A stretch of DNA of 26,111 nt from a virus. Its lineage: Duplodnaviria; Caudoviricetes. Where the stretch lies: positions 1 through 26,111 of the IMG/VR virus record IMGVR_UViG_3300005662_000200. One strand, given 5' to 3'. The position numbers and the translations under genes were made by a program. How positions within the stretch are numbered: the first letter of the stretch is position 1; each line of letters begins with the position of its first letter. Below are positions 16,786-26,111 of the stretch, one piece after another. The notes under the pieces are model-generated. The model was given only the letters and a program-made list of their open reading frames with translations, had not been told where the DNA came from and made no database searches.

Positions 16786-16800
16786 TAGCCTGATACATAG
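16786..16800 (+). promoter_or_regulatory. Candidate late promoter (-10-like TAGCCT GA..ATAG)
   Basis: Fully intergenic copy of a motif that recurs at 5344, 6588, 18321 and 24457. Confidence 0.4.
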
Positions 16801-16811
16801 CCGCATCACTT

Positions 16812-16828
16812 CCCGCAACGCGGGTTTT
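16812..16828 (+). terminator. Weak terminator-like or leader hairpin
   Basis: CCCGC-AAC-GCGGG followed by TTTT, ending 4 nt before ATG 16833. Confidence 0.35.
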
Positions 16829-16832
16829 CGCT

Positions 16833-17252
16833 ATGACTGCCGCCGCAACCTCCTCTGATGCCTGGATCTACTGGAACGGTGTGCGGGTTGGCAAGTTCAC
16901 CTCTGTGACGCAAGCCACCGAGCGCGCACCCCTTGAAACAACCGCGCTCGGGGACACAGCCGCTACGTTTCAGCCCGGCGGCATGCTTCGCAACAGCTTC
17001 AGCGGAAACCTCCTATACGACCCCGGCGACATAGCGGCGCAGAGCATGCTCAACGCCATCGACAACATGCAAGTAGGCCTCGAGACTCACGGGCTTCTTC
17101 GAGTCCAGTGGCTCCGCCGACTCAGCACACCTCAAGGAGACCGCGAAGGTAACGCGGTAATTGTTTCACGCTCTAACGCTACCTCCGTTGGAGACCTACA
17201 GACAATCTCTATCGACATTCAATTCACAGGTGAAGTCACCGGGAGTTTCTAA
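16833..17252 (+). CDS. Minor tail protein with tail-tube-like motif (139 aa)
   Basis: LETTALGDT...PG....FSGNLLYD and a terminal ISIDIQFTG motif resemble tube-fold proteins; coupled to the next gene by TAATG. Confidence 0.55.
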   Translation: MTAAATSSDAWIYWNGVRVGKFTSVTQATERAPLETTALGDTAATFQPGGMLRNSFSGNLLYDPGDIAAQSMLNAIDNMQVGLETHGLLRVQWLRRLSTPQGDREGNAVIVSRSNATSVGDLQTISIDIQFTGEVTGSF

Positions 17253-18328
17253 TGCTGATTGGACGCCACGGCAGCATCGAACTACGCCGGGAGTGGCCGG
17301 CTCCCACCTTTATTCCGGCCTCCGAGGTCGCCACTACCGCCACAGACACCCGCCTGTTTGTCACCAACCTCGGGTGGCTTGACGGTCAGCGCGTGCTCGT
17401 GACCTGTCCCGCGGGTGTACCACTGGCTCCACTACCTGTTGCTCAGCTGAATACTCCCATCTACGCTCCATGCCCTGAGGGCTATCGCTTCTGGGGCACA
17501 ACAGCTAGCGCTGCGAGCACCGGACCTTCATCAGCTCACCGAGGTACTGTTGCCGATCTCTTTTGGCGTGTCGGTGTCACCGACAGCACCACCCGCTTTT
17601 GGGAAGACAGCGTCACCGTGGGCTTTGTCACTCAACTCACTGCCTACGTCTCTCGTGACGCCCTCGACCGCTTCGCGTTCCATACCACCGAGATCGGTGC
17701 CCTGAGCCGCGATCCGGCTACGCAGTTCAAACTGCTTCCTCTTGCCTTTGGTCAACTGCTCTTAGCCCCGGTACCCGAAACACCTCCAGCTACCTACACC
17801 TCTGCGCTATTGACCGCAGCCACGGCACAGCCTCTAGTCGAGGCCGAGCAAGAGTTGTTCCCGCTACCAGCAGCTATTGAAACGGTTTATTCCGACACAT
17901 CGTATCGGGACTGGCAGTACCTAGGTACCTTAGAAGCCTATCAAGTAGAAACCGATTCCAAGATGCTAGACACATCTACTATCGGTGACGATTTTGGTGA
18001 CTACCAGAAGAATTTAATTACAGGTGCCGGCAACTTTAGCGCTTTGTTCCGCCGCTACCTTAAAGACAACGAACTTGAAGGACGCGATCTGCTTCGCATG
18101 GTCTATATGACCTCTACAGGAGCTAAAGCTAGAGTTCATTTTAGTCTTCAACCAGACGCAGCAGGTGTCAACGATAGCGCAATCATGTCACTAGCAGGTG
18201 ATATTTTAATCGGTCGTGGCTCACTATCCGTAGATGCTGACGATATTATTAGATTGCAGACTGACTTTGTTGTGGTTAAAGACGTCAACGGACGCGGATT
18301 AACTCCGGCATTCGGGGCGCTAGATTGA
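17252..18328 (+). CDS. Minor tail protein (358 aa) with C-terminal tube-like region
   Basis: LDTSTIGDDF......ITGAGNF and SLSVDADDIIRLQTDFV resemble the preceding protein. Confidence 0.55.
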   Translation: MLIGRHGSIELRREWPAPTFIPASEVATTATDTRLFVTNLGWLDGQRVLVTCPAGVPLAPLPVAQLNTPIYAPCPEGYRFWGTTASAASTGPSSAHRGTVADLFWRVGVTDSTTRFWEDSVTVGFVTQLTAYVSRDALDRFAFHTTEIGALSRDPATQFKLLPLAFGQLLLAPVPETPPATYTSALLTAATAQPLVEAEQELFPLPAAIETVYSDTSYRDWQYLGTLEAYQVETDSKMLDTSTIGDDFGDYQKNLITGAGNFSALFRRYLKDNELEGRDLLRMVYMTSTGAKARVHFSLQPDAAGVNDSAIMSLAGDILIGRGSLSVDADDIIRLQTDFVVVKDVNGRGLTPAFGALD

Positions 18329-18353
18329 CCTGATAGCCGGACGCTGTTGAACG

Positions 18354-21300
18354 ATGCCGAATCTGCGCCTAGCAGGGGATTCTGACTCGATCCTCAACGG
18401 CAATACACAAGCCAACGTCAAGGCCCAGCTTGGTGCCTTGGTGGATCTGATGCGTCAGGTTGCCGGTGACGCTGCGGTATCCGCCGGAAACCTGGAAGCA
18501 GCTGATCCGCTCAACGCTCCCTTCACGCTCTACGTCAACCCATACACCGGCAGCGACAAGTTTGTAGGAGGCAGCTACAACACCCACGAGGCCGGATCCA
18601 CCGATCCGGAGATCATCGCCAGCAAACTCAAGCGCATTGAAAAGCAACGCCTTGTTTGCGGCTACACACCCCAGCGTCCGTTCCGCACCATCAACCGCGC
18701 CGTCATTGAAGCGGCCATCATTACCAGCAAGAGCTGGTACACCTATACAGATCCCCGAGCTCACGTAGATTGCGTGAGCATTGTGCTCGCCCCAGCAGTT
18801 CACACCCTTTACAACGATCCTGGTAGCGTCAGCACCTCTTTAGCGAGTTGGGGCGACACAAAAGATCCCACCATTGCTGAACTCATCGCTTTCAACCCCG
18901 CCAGCGTCGGCGGTGTTTTACTCCCCCGAGGATGTTCGCTATGCGGTTCTGACCTGCGTAAGACAACCATTCGCCCCAACTGGGTACCGGGCGTAGCCGA
19001 CGAGCAGGCGGACTACGGGAACCGTCGCGGGATGCTCAAGATCACTGGAACCGGCTACTTCTTCGGTTTCACCTTGATGGACAAGGTGGGCACAACGACT
19101 AGCCACCACCTCCTCGACACTTTCCACTTTGGCAGCAAAACGGAGCTCGACGCCTTCTACGCCAAGTGTTTCAGCGCGGTAGGCACCGGCGCCAACCTCG
19201 GCTCTGCGCTCACCGTGACGCGCCCCACCGAGTACGAAATCGTCGGTCCTATCGACATCGAGCAGACCCCCACATCAACTTGGGATACCACCGCAAGCGC
19301 CAGCCCCTACATCTTCAACTGCTCGATCCGCTCGGACTACGGTCTCGGGGGCGCCTGGATGGACGGAAGCAGGGTCAGTGGTCTGAAGTCGATGGTATGC
19401 GCCAACTTCACAGGCGTGTCGCTTCAGAAGGACATGTCCTGCTGGCAGCGCTATGACGGCACGAACTGGACTACCACGACATACGCGCAGTACATCGCAG
19501 CGTCCCCGAACGACATCCGCATGAATCCTGCTCGGCTGAGCAGGCACATCAGCGCAATCAATAATGCCTTCATCCAAGAGGTATCTGTTTTTGCTATTGG
19601 CCAAGGCATTCATCACTTCACCGACAAAGGTGGAGAAATCACAATCACAAATAGCAACAGCAGCTTCGGCGGCTGTTCCGCCCTTAGCACAGGTTATAAG
19701 CCGTCAGCATTCACCCAAGACAAAAACTGGACAATTAACAGGATTAAAGTTCCACTAAACCCAAGTGAAAAATTAGGTAATGTTAGACGTATTTTTGTCG
19801 GTATTATTTCCGAGCTGACCAGCACCAGTATTACGCTGACCACACCTTTAGCAGCAGATGAAGGTAACGTTACTGTTCCTTCCATTCTTTTGCGCGATGG
19901 ATACAGCCTTGCAGCTGGGACAAAACTTTGGGTTGAGAACCCAGCAGGGGATCACTGGCGCGCTGACCTGACGGCAACGGCATGGTCCAGTAGCGCTCCT
20001 ACTACTATCAACATCACCGCTGCCCTAACGCAGGCTGGTACCAATGATCCTGTAACGACCAACCCGGACACAGGAGCGAGTCTGGCCATCGGTAAGCGTG
20101 TCTACATTCGCCGTCTGGTAGACACACGCAGCCCCAACGAACGCCGCGTTTCCGTTCAGCTGAACAACACAGCAAGTGCTCGTGTCCCGGAGCGCAGCTT
20201 TGTACTTCAAACCGATCCCACTCGGACGGGGGGCGCCATCACCCGAGCGCTTACGGCCACAGGTTCTGAGGTGCTCGTAACCACCAGCACCGGCACCGGC
20301 CCTGCTCCTGGCCCCGGAGTGTCGACAACAGCAGAGGTTACGATCCGCCGAGCTGCAGCTTCGCTCACTTACGCCAATAGCACCTATTATCGTGCCGGCA
20401 CAGTAGTTAGGCATCAAAACAAGCATTATCAAGCCCTACGCGATCAAGTTACCAATTCTCCGAATCCAGTTACTACTGACTGGGGCGAGACATTCGTGCA
20501 CATGCCCTCGGACTACAACACCGAGGACGCTTCGCGCAATGAGTCGCCAATTCTGGTATTCGATACAGATACAGATCCGAACGATAACACCCAAACCTGT
20601 GGTATCAACTTTACTACGGTGTGGACTTCGGTAGGCAGCATCCGTAATCAATATCGAAGTGCTACAGACTATCTAGGCGTTCATGCTTTATTGGTAGCTC
20701 TGGGATTCACGGATACCGCAGCTCACAACGCACTCGTGCCCAGGACAGCTGTCACCCGAGAACGTAACCCATCGAGCTCTGTTGATTTTCCCGTAGCTCC
20801 CAGTGGCGGTGCTGCCACGTCCTTAGGCCATTGGGCTGTGGAGTTTCGTCGTCCCAGCGTGCTTCGTCTCTACGGGCATGCCTGGGAATGGGCGGGCTTC
20901 CTGAACTACAGCAAGGCTATTCCAGCGGCACAGAAGACAATGTCGCCGCAGAACAAGTTTAGCTATTACTTCACTAACCAGCTCGGTGGTCGCGTAGTAC
21001 CTCAAGGCAGTAACGAAGATGGTTACAACATCTCCCCTAAAGGGCTTGAGGACGTTGAAACAGGCGCAACACTGACTGTCGAGGCTATCGGCAGCAGCAC
21101 GCTGGATACGTTCCAGCAGACTGATTTTCCTAATGGCATCATAACGCCAGAGATTACAGTAGACAACATTACGATCACTACATCTATTGCGTTTCCTGAC
21201 GTTAGTGCAGCCCGTACAACATCGTTAGGTCCTGTGCGCTTAGCAAATGCCGCTCAGCTGCGCTCTATTGATGTCATTACAGGTACCACTGATGCGCAAC

Positions 21301-23141
21301 GTGATCTAAGTATTAGTGCTGAGCCAGATGTCGTTACACTTAAAGGCTTAAACTATTGGGCTCGTTCAGCTGGTGTACTGACACGACGGACTGGTGTAGC
21401 AACTATTTGGGTAGTACCAGACAATGCGGTTAGCGGAGGTACCTATAACTTTAATGGTACATCGGCCACGCTGACGCGCAACCCGACCCGTACAGGATCT
21501 GAACTGCTGGACAATCCTCCGTTCAGCCGAACAGAAGCAGTGACCTTCGCACGTGCTACCGAGTACGCCAATAGCATATATTCCGAACTGGAAACCGTTA
21601 GTTATAATCTGGCCAATGGTCCATATTGGACTAACGTAAGCTTCAATCATATTGCTAATGTAGTTGGAGCTACGGCGCGCTTTCCAGTAGCTAACGTCGT
21701 ATCTGATTATACACAACCTAATACAAAACCTACCACAGATGTTAAGGCAATTCATGACGCCAACAGCCCGTTTTTGGCACCGTGTTTTGCTACACCAGTA
21801 CTGGCTTTTACAAGCATCGCGAGCTCTCGGGCTTACTGCTCTGTAACACCTACTCGTCTACAGTTTAATTTTGCAGGTAGTGTATCTGGTATTTGTTGGT
21901 TGTCGGCAACTCAAACGTTGAACGACAGCGTTAACTTTCCTAATTCAATCTATTCAGCTGCACTTAGACCATACCGTGTGGCGGGTATTTCTTTTCAAAC
22001 ATTTATTGATCTATTTATTGATGCCACTATACCTGCAAGTTATACGTTCTCAAATATCTGGGGAGATAGTAATATCTATGCGTACGGACCTACGTTAACT
22101 GTTCAAGACTGTATATTCGGAGCTAAATCTCCAGGTGCTGGTTCCATTAGTTTCGGAAGTCGTGGGCCCACAGTACGAGCGTACAACGATGTTGATGTAG
22201 TACTTTCCGGTATTTACCTATTAGGTAACACTCAGATTTTAACATTACCGCTTGCAACTGCCAAAGGCGTTATTGTTGAAGCCTCGGGGGTATATGGGTG
22301 CAAAAATACTCAGGAGTTTATCGGCAGTCGCGTACAAGGTGGACGCGCAATTCGCCTAGCTGTTCAATTTAACCAGCGCTACTCAGCAAACGCGGTCGGC
22401 ACTTTGCTAGACTACAATTTCGATGTTAATTGTCTGCACATTTTAGACGATAACGGCAACTATGGTTTAATCGCCAATCGTGCGGCAACAAACGGGACTA
22501 GAGGTGCATCAATGGAGTACTTCTTCGGTGAGATGAGCGTTGGTAGTGGCATATATACCGGTGGGTATAATAGTTATCGTACTTCTGGTGTAAATACAGG
22601 AAAACATCATGGTTGGTGCGGTGCTTTTGGCAATAACGGAACCAGTGTAGAAGGTCCAATAGGTATGTCCACTATACTTGGTCCTATCAGCTTTTATCGT
22701 TTCGATTCCTATCACAACTCTGTTTGGCAAACCGCATCCACTACAACACGACCAAATCCAGAATTTATTAGCACAAACGCAACCTCGGGCTTTACCGGGT
22801 CTATATCCGGTACAACACTAACTGTTACAGCGGTTAGTAGTGGTGCTCTTATACTAGGTGGGTTAATCGCCGGCGCTGGTGTAACTGCTGGAACAACCAT
22901 CACAGCTTTAGGTACAGGAACAGGAGGCACGGGTACGTACACTGTAAGTGCGACGCAAACTGTCGGTTCTATCAGTATGACGGGCGCTCTCAACCCTCAA
23001 CCTGGTAAAGTTCAGTATTCTTACGACAGATCAAGCAATAACGTACTTAATGTACGTACTTTAGCTTTCTATCAGGGTATTGATATTAACACCGCTCAAA
23101 TTGTGGGCGGTAACCTGCAATCCGCTCGCTTCTTCGGCTAA
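18354..23141 (+). CDS. Large tail fibre/spike protein with predicted beta-helix domains (1595 aa)
   Basis: LYVNP.TGSD...PFRTINRA beta-helix cap, [28 protein letters not shown] and [12 protein letters not shown] motifs; Thr/Ser/Gly/Asn-rich. Confidence 0.78.
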   Translation: MPNLRLAGDSDSILNGNTQANVKAQLGALVDLMRQVAGDAAVSAGNLEAADPLNAPFTLYVNPYTGSDKFVGGSYNTHEAGSTDPEIIASKLKRIEKQRLVCGYTPQRPFRTINRAVIEAAIITSKSWYTYTDPRAHVDCVSIVLAPAVHTLYNDPGSVSTSLASWGDTKDPTIAELIAFNPASVGGVLLPRGCSLCGSDLRKTTIRPNWVPGVADEQADYGNRRGMLKITGTGYFFGFTLMDKVGTTTSHHLLDTFHFGSKTELDAFYAKCFSAVGTGANLGSALTVTRPTEYEIVGPIDIEQTPTSTWDTTASASPYIFNCSIRSDYGLGGAWMDGSRVSGLKSMVCANFTGVSLQKDMSCWQRYDGTNWTTTTYAQYIAASPNDIRMNPARLSRHISAINNAFIQEVSVFAIGQGIHHFTDKGGEITITNSNSSFGGCSALSTGYKPSAFTQDKNWTINRIKVPLNPSEKLGNVRRIFVGIISELTSTSITLTTPLAADEGNVTVPSILLRDGYSLAAGTKLWVENPAGDHWRADLTATAWSSSAPTTINITAALTQAGTNDPVTTNPDTGASLAIGKRVYIRRLVDTRSPNERRVSVQLNNTASARVPERSFVLQTDPTRTGGAITRALTATGSEVLVTTSTGTGPAPGPGVSTTAEVTIRRAAASLTYANSTYYRAGTVVRHQNKHYQALRDQVTNSPNPVTTDWGETFVHMPSDYNTEDASRNESPILVFDTDTDPNDNTQTCGINFTTVWTSVGSIRNQYRSATDYLGVHALLVALGFTDTAAHNALVPRTAVTRERNPSSSVDFPVAPSGGAATSLGHWAVEFRRPSVLRLYGHAWEWAGFLNYSKAIPAAQKTMSPQNKFSYYFTNQLGGRVVPQGSNEDGYNISPKGLEDVETGATLTVEAIGSSTLDTFQQTDFPNGIITPEITVDNITITTSIAFPDVSAARTTSLGPVRLANAAQLRSIDVITGTTDAQRDLSISAEPDVVTLKGLNYWARSAGVLTRRTGVATIWVVPDNAVSGGTYNFNGTSATLTRNPTRTGSELLDNPPFSRTEAVTFARATEYANSIYSELETVSYNLANGPYWTNVSFNHIANVVGATARFPVANVVSDYTQPNTKPTTDVKAIHDANSPFLAPCFATPVLAFTSIASSRAYCSVTPTRLQFNFAGSVSGICWLSATQTLNDSVNFPNSIYSAALRPYRVAGISFQTFIDLFIDATIPASYTFSNIWGDSNIYAYGPTLTVQDCIFGAKSPGAGSISFGSRGPTVRAYNDVDVVLSGIYLLGNTQILTLPLATAKGVIVEASGVYGCKNTQEFIGSRVQGGRAIRLAVQFNQRYSANAVGTLLDYNFDVNCLHILDDNGNYGLIANRAATNGTRGASMEYFFGEMSVGSGIYTGGYNSYRTSGVNTGKHHGWCGAFGNNGTSVEGPIGMSTILGPISFYRFDSYHNSVWQTASTTTRPNPEFISTNATSGFTGSISGTTLTVTAVSSGALILGGLIAGAGVTAGTTITALGTGTGGTGTYTVSATQTVGSISMTGALNPQPGKVQYSYDRSSNNVLNVRTLAFYQGIDINTAQIVGGNLQSARFFG

Positions 23142-23521
23142 TGACTACACTACCTCCGCTAATCGTTTATCCCGCAACACGACCCTTTGTTGTGCTGCGT
23201 AATTCGACGTTTCGCAAACGTTTTCAGGTCAAGCTTGACGGTGTCGCCGTAGACCTTACCCCCGTAGGCACCATCATCGATGCCGACATTAAAGACTCTT
23301 CCGGTATTCAGATTGCAACGTTCGTATCTGAACTTCCCCAAGAAGCCGGAGTTGCAATTCCTGGTTTCTTCGATCTAAAGCTCAGCCCGGCTACAACATT
23401 AGCATTGCCCGTATCTACAAGCCATAAATGGGACGTGTCCATCACCTATCCCAGTGGTGATCGCTTTTACTACTGCCAAGGTTCCCTTGAGGTGCGTGAC
23501 ACTATCAGCCGAAACACCTGA
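23141..23521 (+). CDS. Small fibre adaptor (BppU-N/LtfC-like), 126 aa
   Basis: VDLT....ADIK, L.LSPATT..LP, WDV.ITYPSG..FYY.QGSLEV pattern; coupled on both sides to fibre genes. Confidence 0.6.
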   Translation: MTTLPPLIVYPATRPFVVLRNSTFRKRFQVKLDGVAVDLTPVGTIIDADIKDSSGIQIATFVSELPQEAGVAIPGFFDLKLSPATTLALPVSTSHKWDVSITYPSGDRFYYCQGSLEVRDTISRNT

Positions 23522-24459
23522 TGACTACTGCCGCTGCTCAGGTTGAATTGATCGCCGCTGGCGACCCTACGGTCGAGCTCAGCGGCGGAATGGACATAGC
23601 AGTAGAACTGCAAGTACACGAGGACGCTCTCGGGGAGCTGATCCTGTTGGAGTCTCAAACCCTGGAGTTGGCTTTACTCGAGGGTTCTACTGAAGAGTTG
23701 CTCGCCCTCGAGGCACCAGGCGCTCAGATTGCCATAGGCACTCAGTTAGGCAACGAAACACCCCAGCCCCTAGCCAGCAACGGATCAGCAGGAAGCAGCC
23801 TATCGGCAGCCCGCATAGATCACGTGCACCCGCACGGCAACTTAAGTGGCGGCCTGCTTCACACGCTGGCTTCCACCGAAGCGGCTGGTTTTCTCTCACC
23901 AGCAGAAAAAAGCCGCCTGTTGGCTCTGTCTAACGGTAACGACCAGGATCTGCTGATCGCCGATAGCAGCACACTGGAGAATTTTAGATATGGCAAGTTA
24001 TTCGACAGCAACGTTGCCACCGATGCCGCCATTGCTGGGACTAAAATTAGCCCCAACTTCGGAAGCCAAAACATAAACAGTACAGGCAGTCTTAGCATAG
24101 GCAATGTCGTAGTTACTAACAATCTAACGGTTAATGGTACGTTTACGACTGTAAACACAGAGAATATACAGGTTACCGATAAGACGCTGATATTAAACAA
24201 CGTCACTACTCCGTCGGATATTTTAGCTAATGGAGGCGGCCTTGTTCTTAAAGGAACCACAGATAAAACAATACTGTGGCTCTCTAGCACAAGCGCTTGG
24301 ACTTTCAATCAACCTATTAACTTAGTCACTGGAAACGACTACAAAATTAACGGTGTCAGTGTGTTATCTGGTACTTCTCTCGGCTCCTCTATTACTACTT
24401 CTAGCTTGACAAGCGTCGGTACAATTACATCAGGAACGTGGGACGATGGTACCTACTAG
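23521..24459 (+). CDS. Tail fibre-associated protein (312 aa)
   Basis: AAR.DHVHPH, AGFLS..EK.RL, NLTVNGT.TTVNT....V.DK...L, GGGLVLKGTTDKTI.W and SSLTSVGT fibre-shaft motifs; ends in DDGTY. Confidence 0.7.
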   Translation: MTTAAAQVELIAAGDPTVELSGGMDIAVELQVHEDALGELILLESQTLELALLEGSTEELLALEAPGAQIAIGTQLGNETPQPLASNGSAGSSLSAARIDHVHPHGNLSGGLLHTLASTEAAGFLSPAEKSRLLALSNGNDQDLLIADSSTLENFRYGKLFDSNVATDAAIAGTKISPNFGSQNINSTGSLSIGNVVVTNNLTVNGTFTTVNTENIQVTDKTLILNNVTTPSDILANGGGLVLKGTTDKTILWLSSTSAWTFNQPINLVTGNDYKINGVSVLSGTSLGSSITTSSLTSVGTITSGTWDDGTY

Positions 24460-24499
24460 ACTGACCGCATAAATTCCGGCCCCACAGGGGTGTTAAGGG

Positions 24500-26111
24500 A
24501 TGGCAATCCAGCATCTGCGCTCGAGCACGGCAAACAAGCGCCCAAATCCTGTTGCCATGTCTGATGGCCAGGTAGCTGTCAACACGGCCAGCGCCAGTCC
24601 CGGCCTGTTCTTCAAGGATGCCAACGGCAACCTGATCAAGGTGGGTCCAGTGCATGTGGGCGCAACCGCTCCCAACGCCAATCCGGCCTCAGGCGGTACA
24701 GCCGGTAACAGTATCGGTGAACAGTGGTTGGATATCAGTGGTACCAATCCGGTGATGAGAATCTGGAGTGGTTCCGCTTGGGCTAGCGAAGCCGGAGAAT
24801 TCGTCAACGCCAGCGGCGACACCATGACTGGTGCGCTGATCATGGCCAACCAGCAGCAAATCCGGTTCACCGAAGCCTCAGGCAACGGCACTAACTTCAT
24901 CGCAGTTCAAGCGCCAGCGGCAGTCGCCTCAGATCGAACGCTGACGTTGCCCGATGTAACCGGCACGTTTGTGACCACCGGTGACACAGGCAGCGTCACG
25001 AGTGCGATGATCGCGAACGGAACGATCACAAACGACGACATCAGCGCATCTGCGGCCATCGTTGATACAAAACTAGCCACTATTAGTACGGCTAGCAAAG
25101 TCAGTAATAGTGCTACAACTGCGACAAACGCCAACACTCCTAGCGCCATTGTTGCCCGTGATGGCTCGGGCAACTTCACAGCTGGCACCATCACTGCCAG
25201 CTTGACAGGCACCGCCTCAGGCAACTTGCCCCTGACCGGCGGCACCCTCACGGGCGCCCTGGTTGGCACACAGGCTGAGTTCTCGGTCAACGCATCCGGC
25301 ACCCTTAACGGCGAAGCTCTTGTTCAGAGACTCAGAAGCAATGCGGTAAGTAACGCTGTATTTCTCGACGTTAAATCTCGGCGTCACACCGCTGGAACTA
25401 CTTGGGAAGGCGTCGGTATGCGCCTGCAGCATCAAGTTGATGTTACAGCAATGGCCTTTATTGAGTTCAACTCACTCAATGCTGGCCAAGATATAGCAAT
25501 CGGCACAGGTGGTAACACTCGACTGCTTGTTGACTCCGCAGGCCGCGTCGGCATTGGCACTTCAACTGTTCAGGCAGGGCACACTCTGCAAGTAAATGGC
25601 ATCATTGCTTCTGTAACATCATTCGGTGCATTTACTGCCCTTCAAGCTGCAGGCGGCACTGGCTTCCGTTGGGCTCTTGCAAACGATGGAACATTCCGCC
25701 TTCAAAGGACAACGGACGGTTTTACTGGGGTAAGTTCAACTCCAATAATGATTGACGCGTCCAGCCGCGTCGGCATCGGGACGACGGCACCAACGGAGGG
25801 CCTGCAGGTAGCCAACGGAAACGTCCTGATTGGCACTGGCTCATCTCTTGCTGGATACCGAACTCTTTATTTTGGTGGCACCACTGCAACTGGAAGATTT
25901 GCTTACATCGAAAAAAACAACGACAGTCCCTTTGATTTCAACATTGTCGCCCAGACATCGCCAACTCCAACATCTGCAATTAACTTCAAGACTACGCCCA
26001 CCAGTACCGCAGCAACTATTGACTCCAGCGGCAGACTCTTAGTTGGAACCGGCAGCAGTATTTCTGAGCAATACTCTGGGCAAGCCCGAATCCAAACAGC
26101 AGGCACTGGCT
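24500..26111 (+). CDS. Tail fibre protein, 3' truncated (at least 537 codons; absent from the ORF track)
   Basis: Manual translation from ATG 24500 (MAIQHLRSSTANKRP...) is open to the window end. Contains TLTLPD.TGT, SAIVARDGSGNF.AGTITA and three D..(G/S)R(V/L)(G/L)(I/V)GT repeats. Confidence 0.88.
   Translation, partial: MAIQHLRSSTANKRPNPVAMSDGQVAVNTASASPGLFFKDANGNLIKVGPVHVGATAPNANPASGGTAGNSIGEQWLDISGTNPVMRIWSGSAWASEAGEFVNASGDTMTGALIMANQQQIRFTEASGNGTNFIAVQAPAAVASDRTLTLPDVTGTFVTTGDTGSVTSAMIANGTITNDDISASAAIVDTKLATISTASKVSNSATTATNANTPSAIVARDGSGNFTAGTITASLTGTASGNLPLTGGTLTGALVGTQAEFSVNASGTLNGEALVQRLRSNAVSNAVFLDVKSRRHTAGTTWEGVGMRLQHQVDVTAMAFIEFNSLNAGQDIAIGTGGNTRLLVDSAGRVGIGTSTVQAGHTLQVNGIIASVTSFGAFTALQAAGGTGFRWALANDGTFRLQRTTDGFTGVSSTPIMIDASSRVGIGTTAPTEGLQVANGNVLIGTGSSLAGYRTLYFGGTTATGRFAYIEKNNDSPFDFNIVAQTSPTPTSAINFKTTPTSTAATIDSSGRLLVGTGSSISEQYSGQARIQTAGTG
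25529..26050 (+). repeat. Three fibre module-junction repeats (VDSAGRVGIGT, IDASSRVGIGT, IDSSGRLLVGT)
   Basis: Located at 25529, 25751 and 26018; GCCGCGTCGGCAT is identical at 25542-25554 and 25764-25776. Confidence 0.75.

Noticed and set aside
25912-25918. A AAA AAC slippery heptamer in the last fibre gene
   Set aside because: The -1 frame stops within a few codons and no stimulator is evident.
18354-26111. Diversity-generating retroelement or invertible fibre cassette
   Set aside because: No reverse transcriptase, invertase, ~100-nt TR/VR repeat pair or inverted fibre ends seen in this window; sequence outside the window cannot be excluded.
1-26111. CRISPR array, tRNA/rRNA, IS element, intron or intein; contractile injection system, tailocin or GTA
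   Set aside because: Intergenic gaps are all about 60 nt or less and no such motifs were seen. There is no sheath or baseplate wedge, and the capsid plus very long tape measure fit an ordinary siphovirus.
1-26111. Cyanobacterial HIP1 (GCGATCGC) enrichment or GGCGCC over-representation as a host signal
   Set aside because: I saw only partial CGATCG sites, and GGCGCC is expected in GC-rich Gly-Ala coding. An observed/expected k-mer count would be needed.

Overview
The whole window is one co-oriented (+ strand) virion morphogenesis operon of a tailed dsDNA phage or prophage with a long non-contractile tail. No sheath or baseplate wedge genes are recognisable. Gene order: C-terminal part of a DUF2213-type protease/scaffold; capsid decoration protein; DUF2184-type major capsid protein; head-tail joining genes (DUF4054, HK97 gp10-like, others); major tail protein with a C-terminal Ig-like domain; intrinsic terminator; tail assembly chaperone G/GT pair with a clear -1 frameshift site; 1754-aa tape measure protein; tail tip genes (hub-like, NlpC/P60-like, gpJ-like, distal-tail-like, two tube-fold-like); and several fibre/spike genes, the last running off the window end and missing from the ORF track. 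Fibre motifs resemble cyanophage proteins as I recall them, so a picocyanobacterial host is inferred but not verified. Most notable observations: (1) an apparently circularly permuted M23-like metallopeptidase with an HxD motif inserted in the tape measure protein; (2) a recurrent intergenic TAG(A/C)(C/T)TGA..ATA motif, often followed by a GC hairpin, as a candidate late promoter or leader; (3) an SD plus in-frame ATT codon that would translate through the post-tail-tube terminator; (4) sharp 25% vs 65% GC blocks inside single intact ORFs. All family names come from motif recall and synteny; no database search was run.
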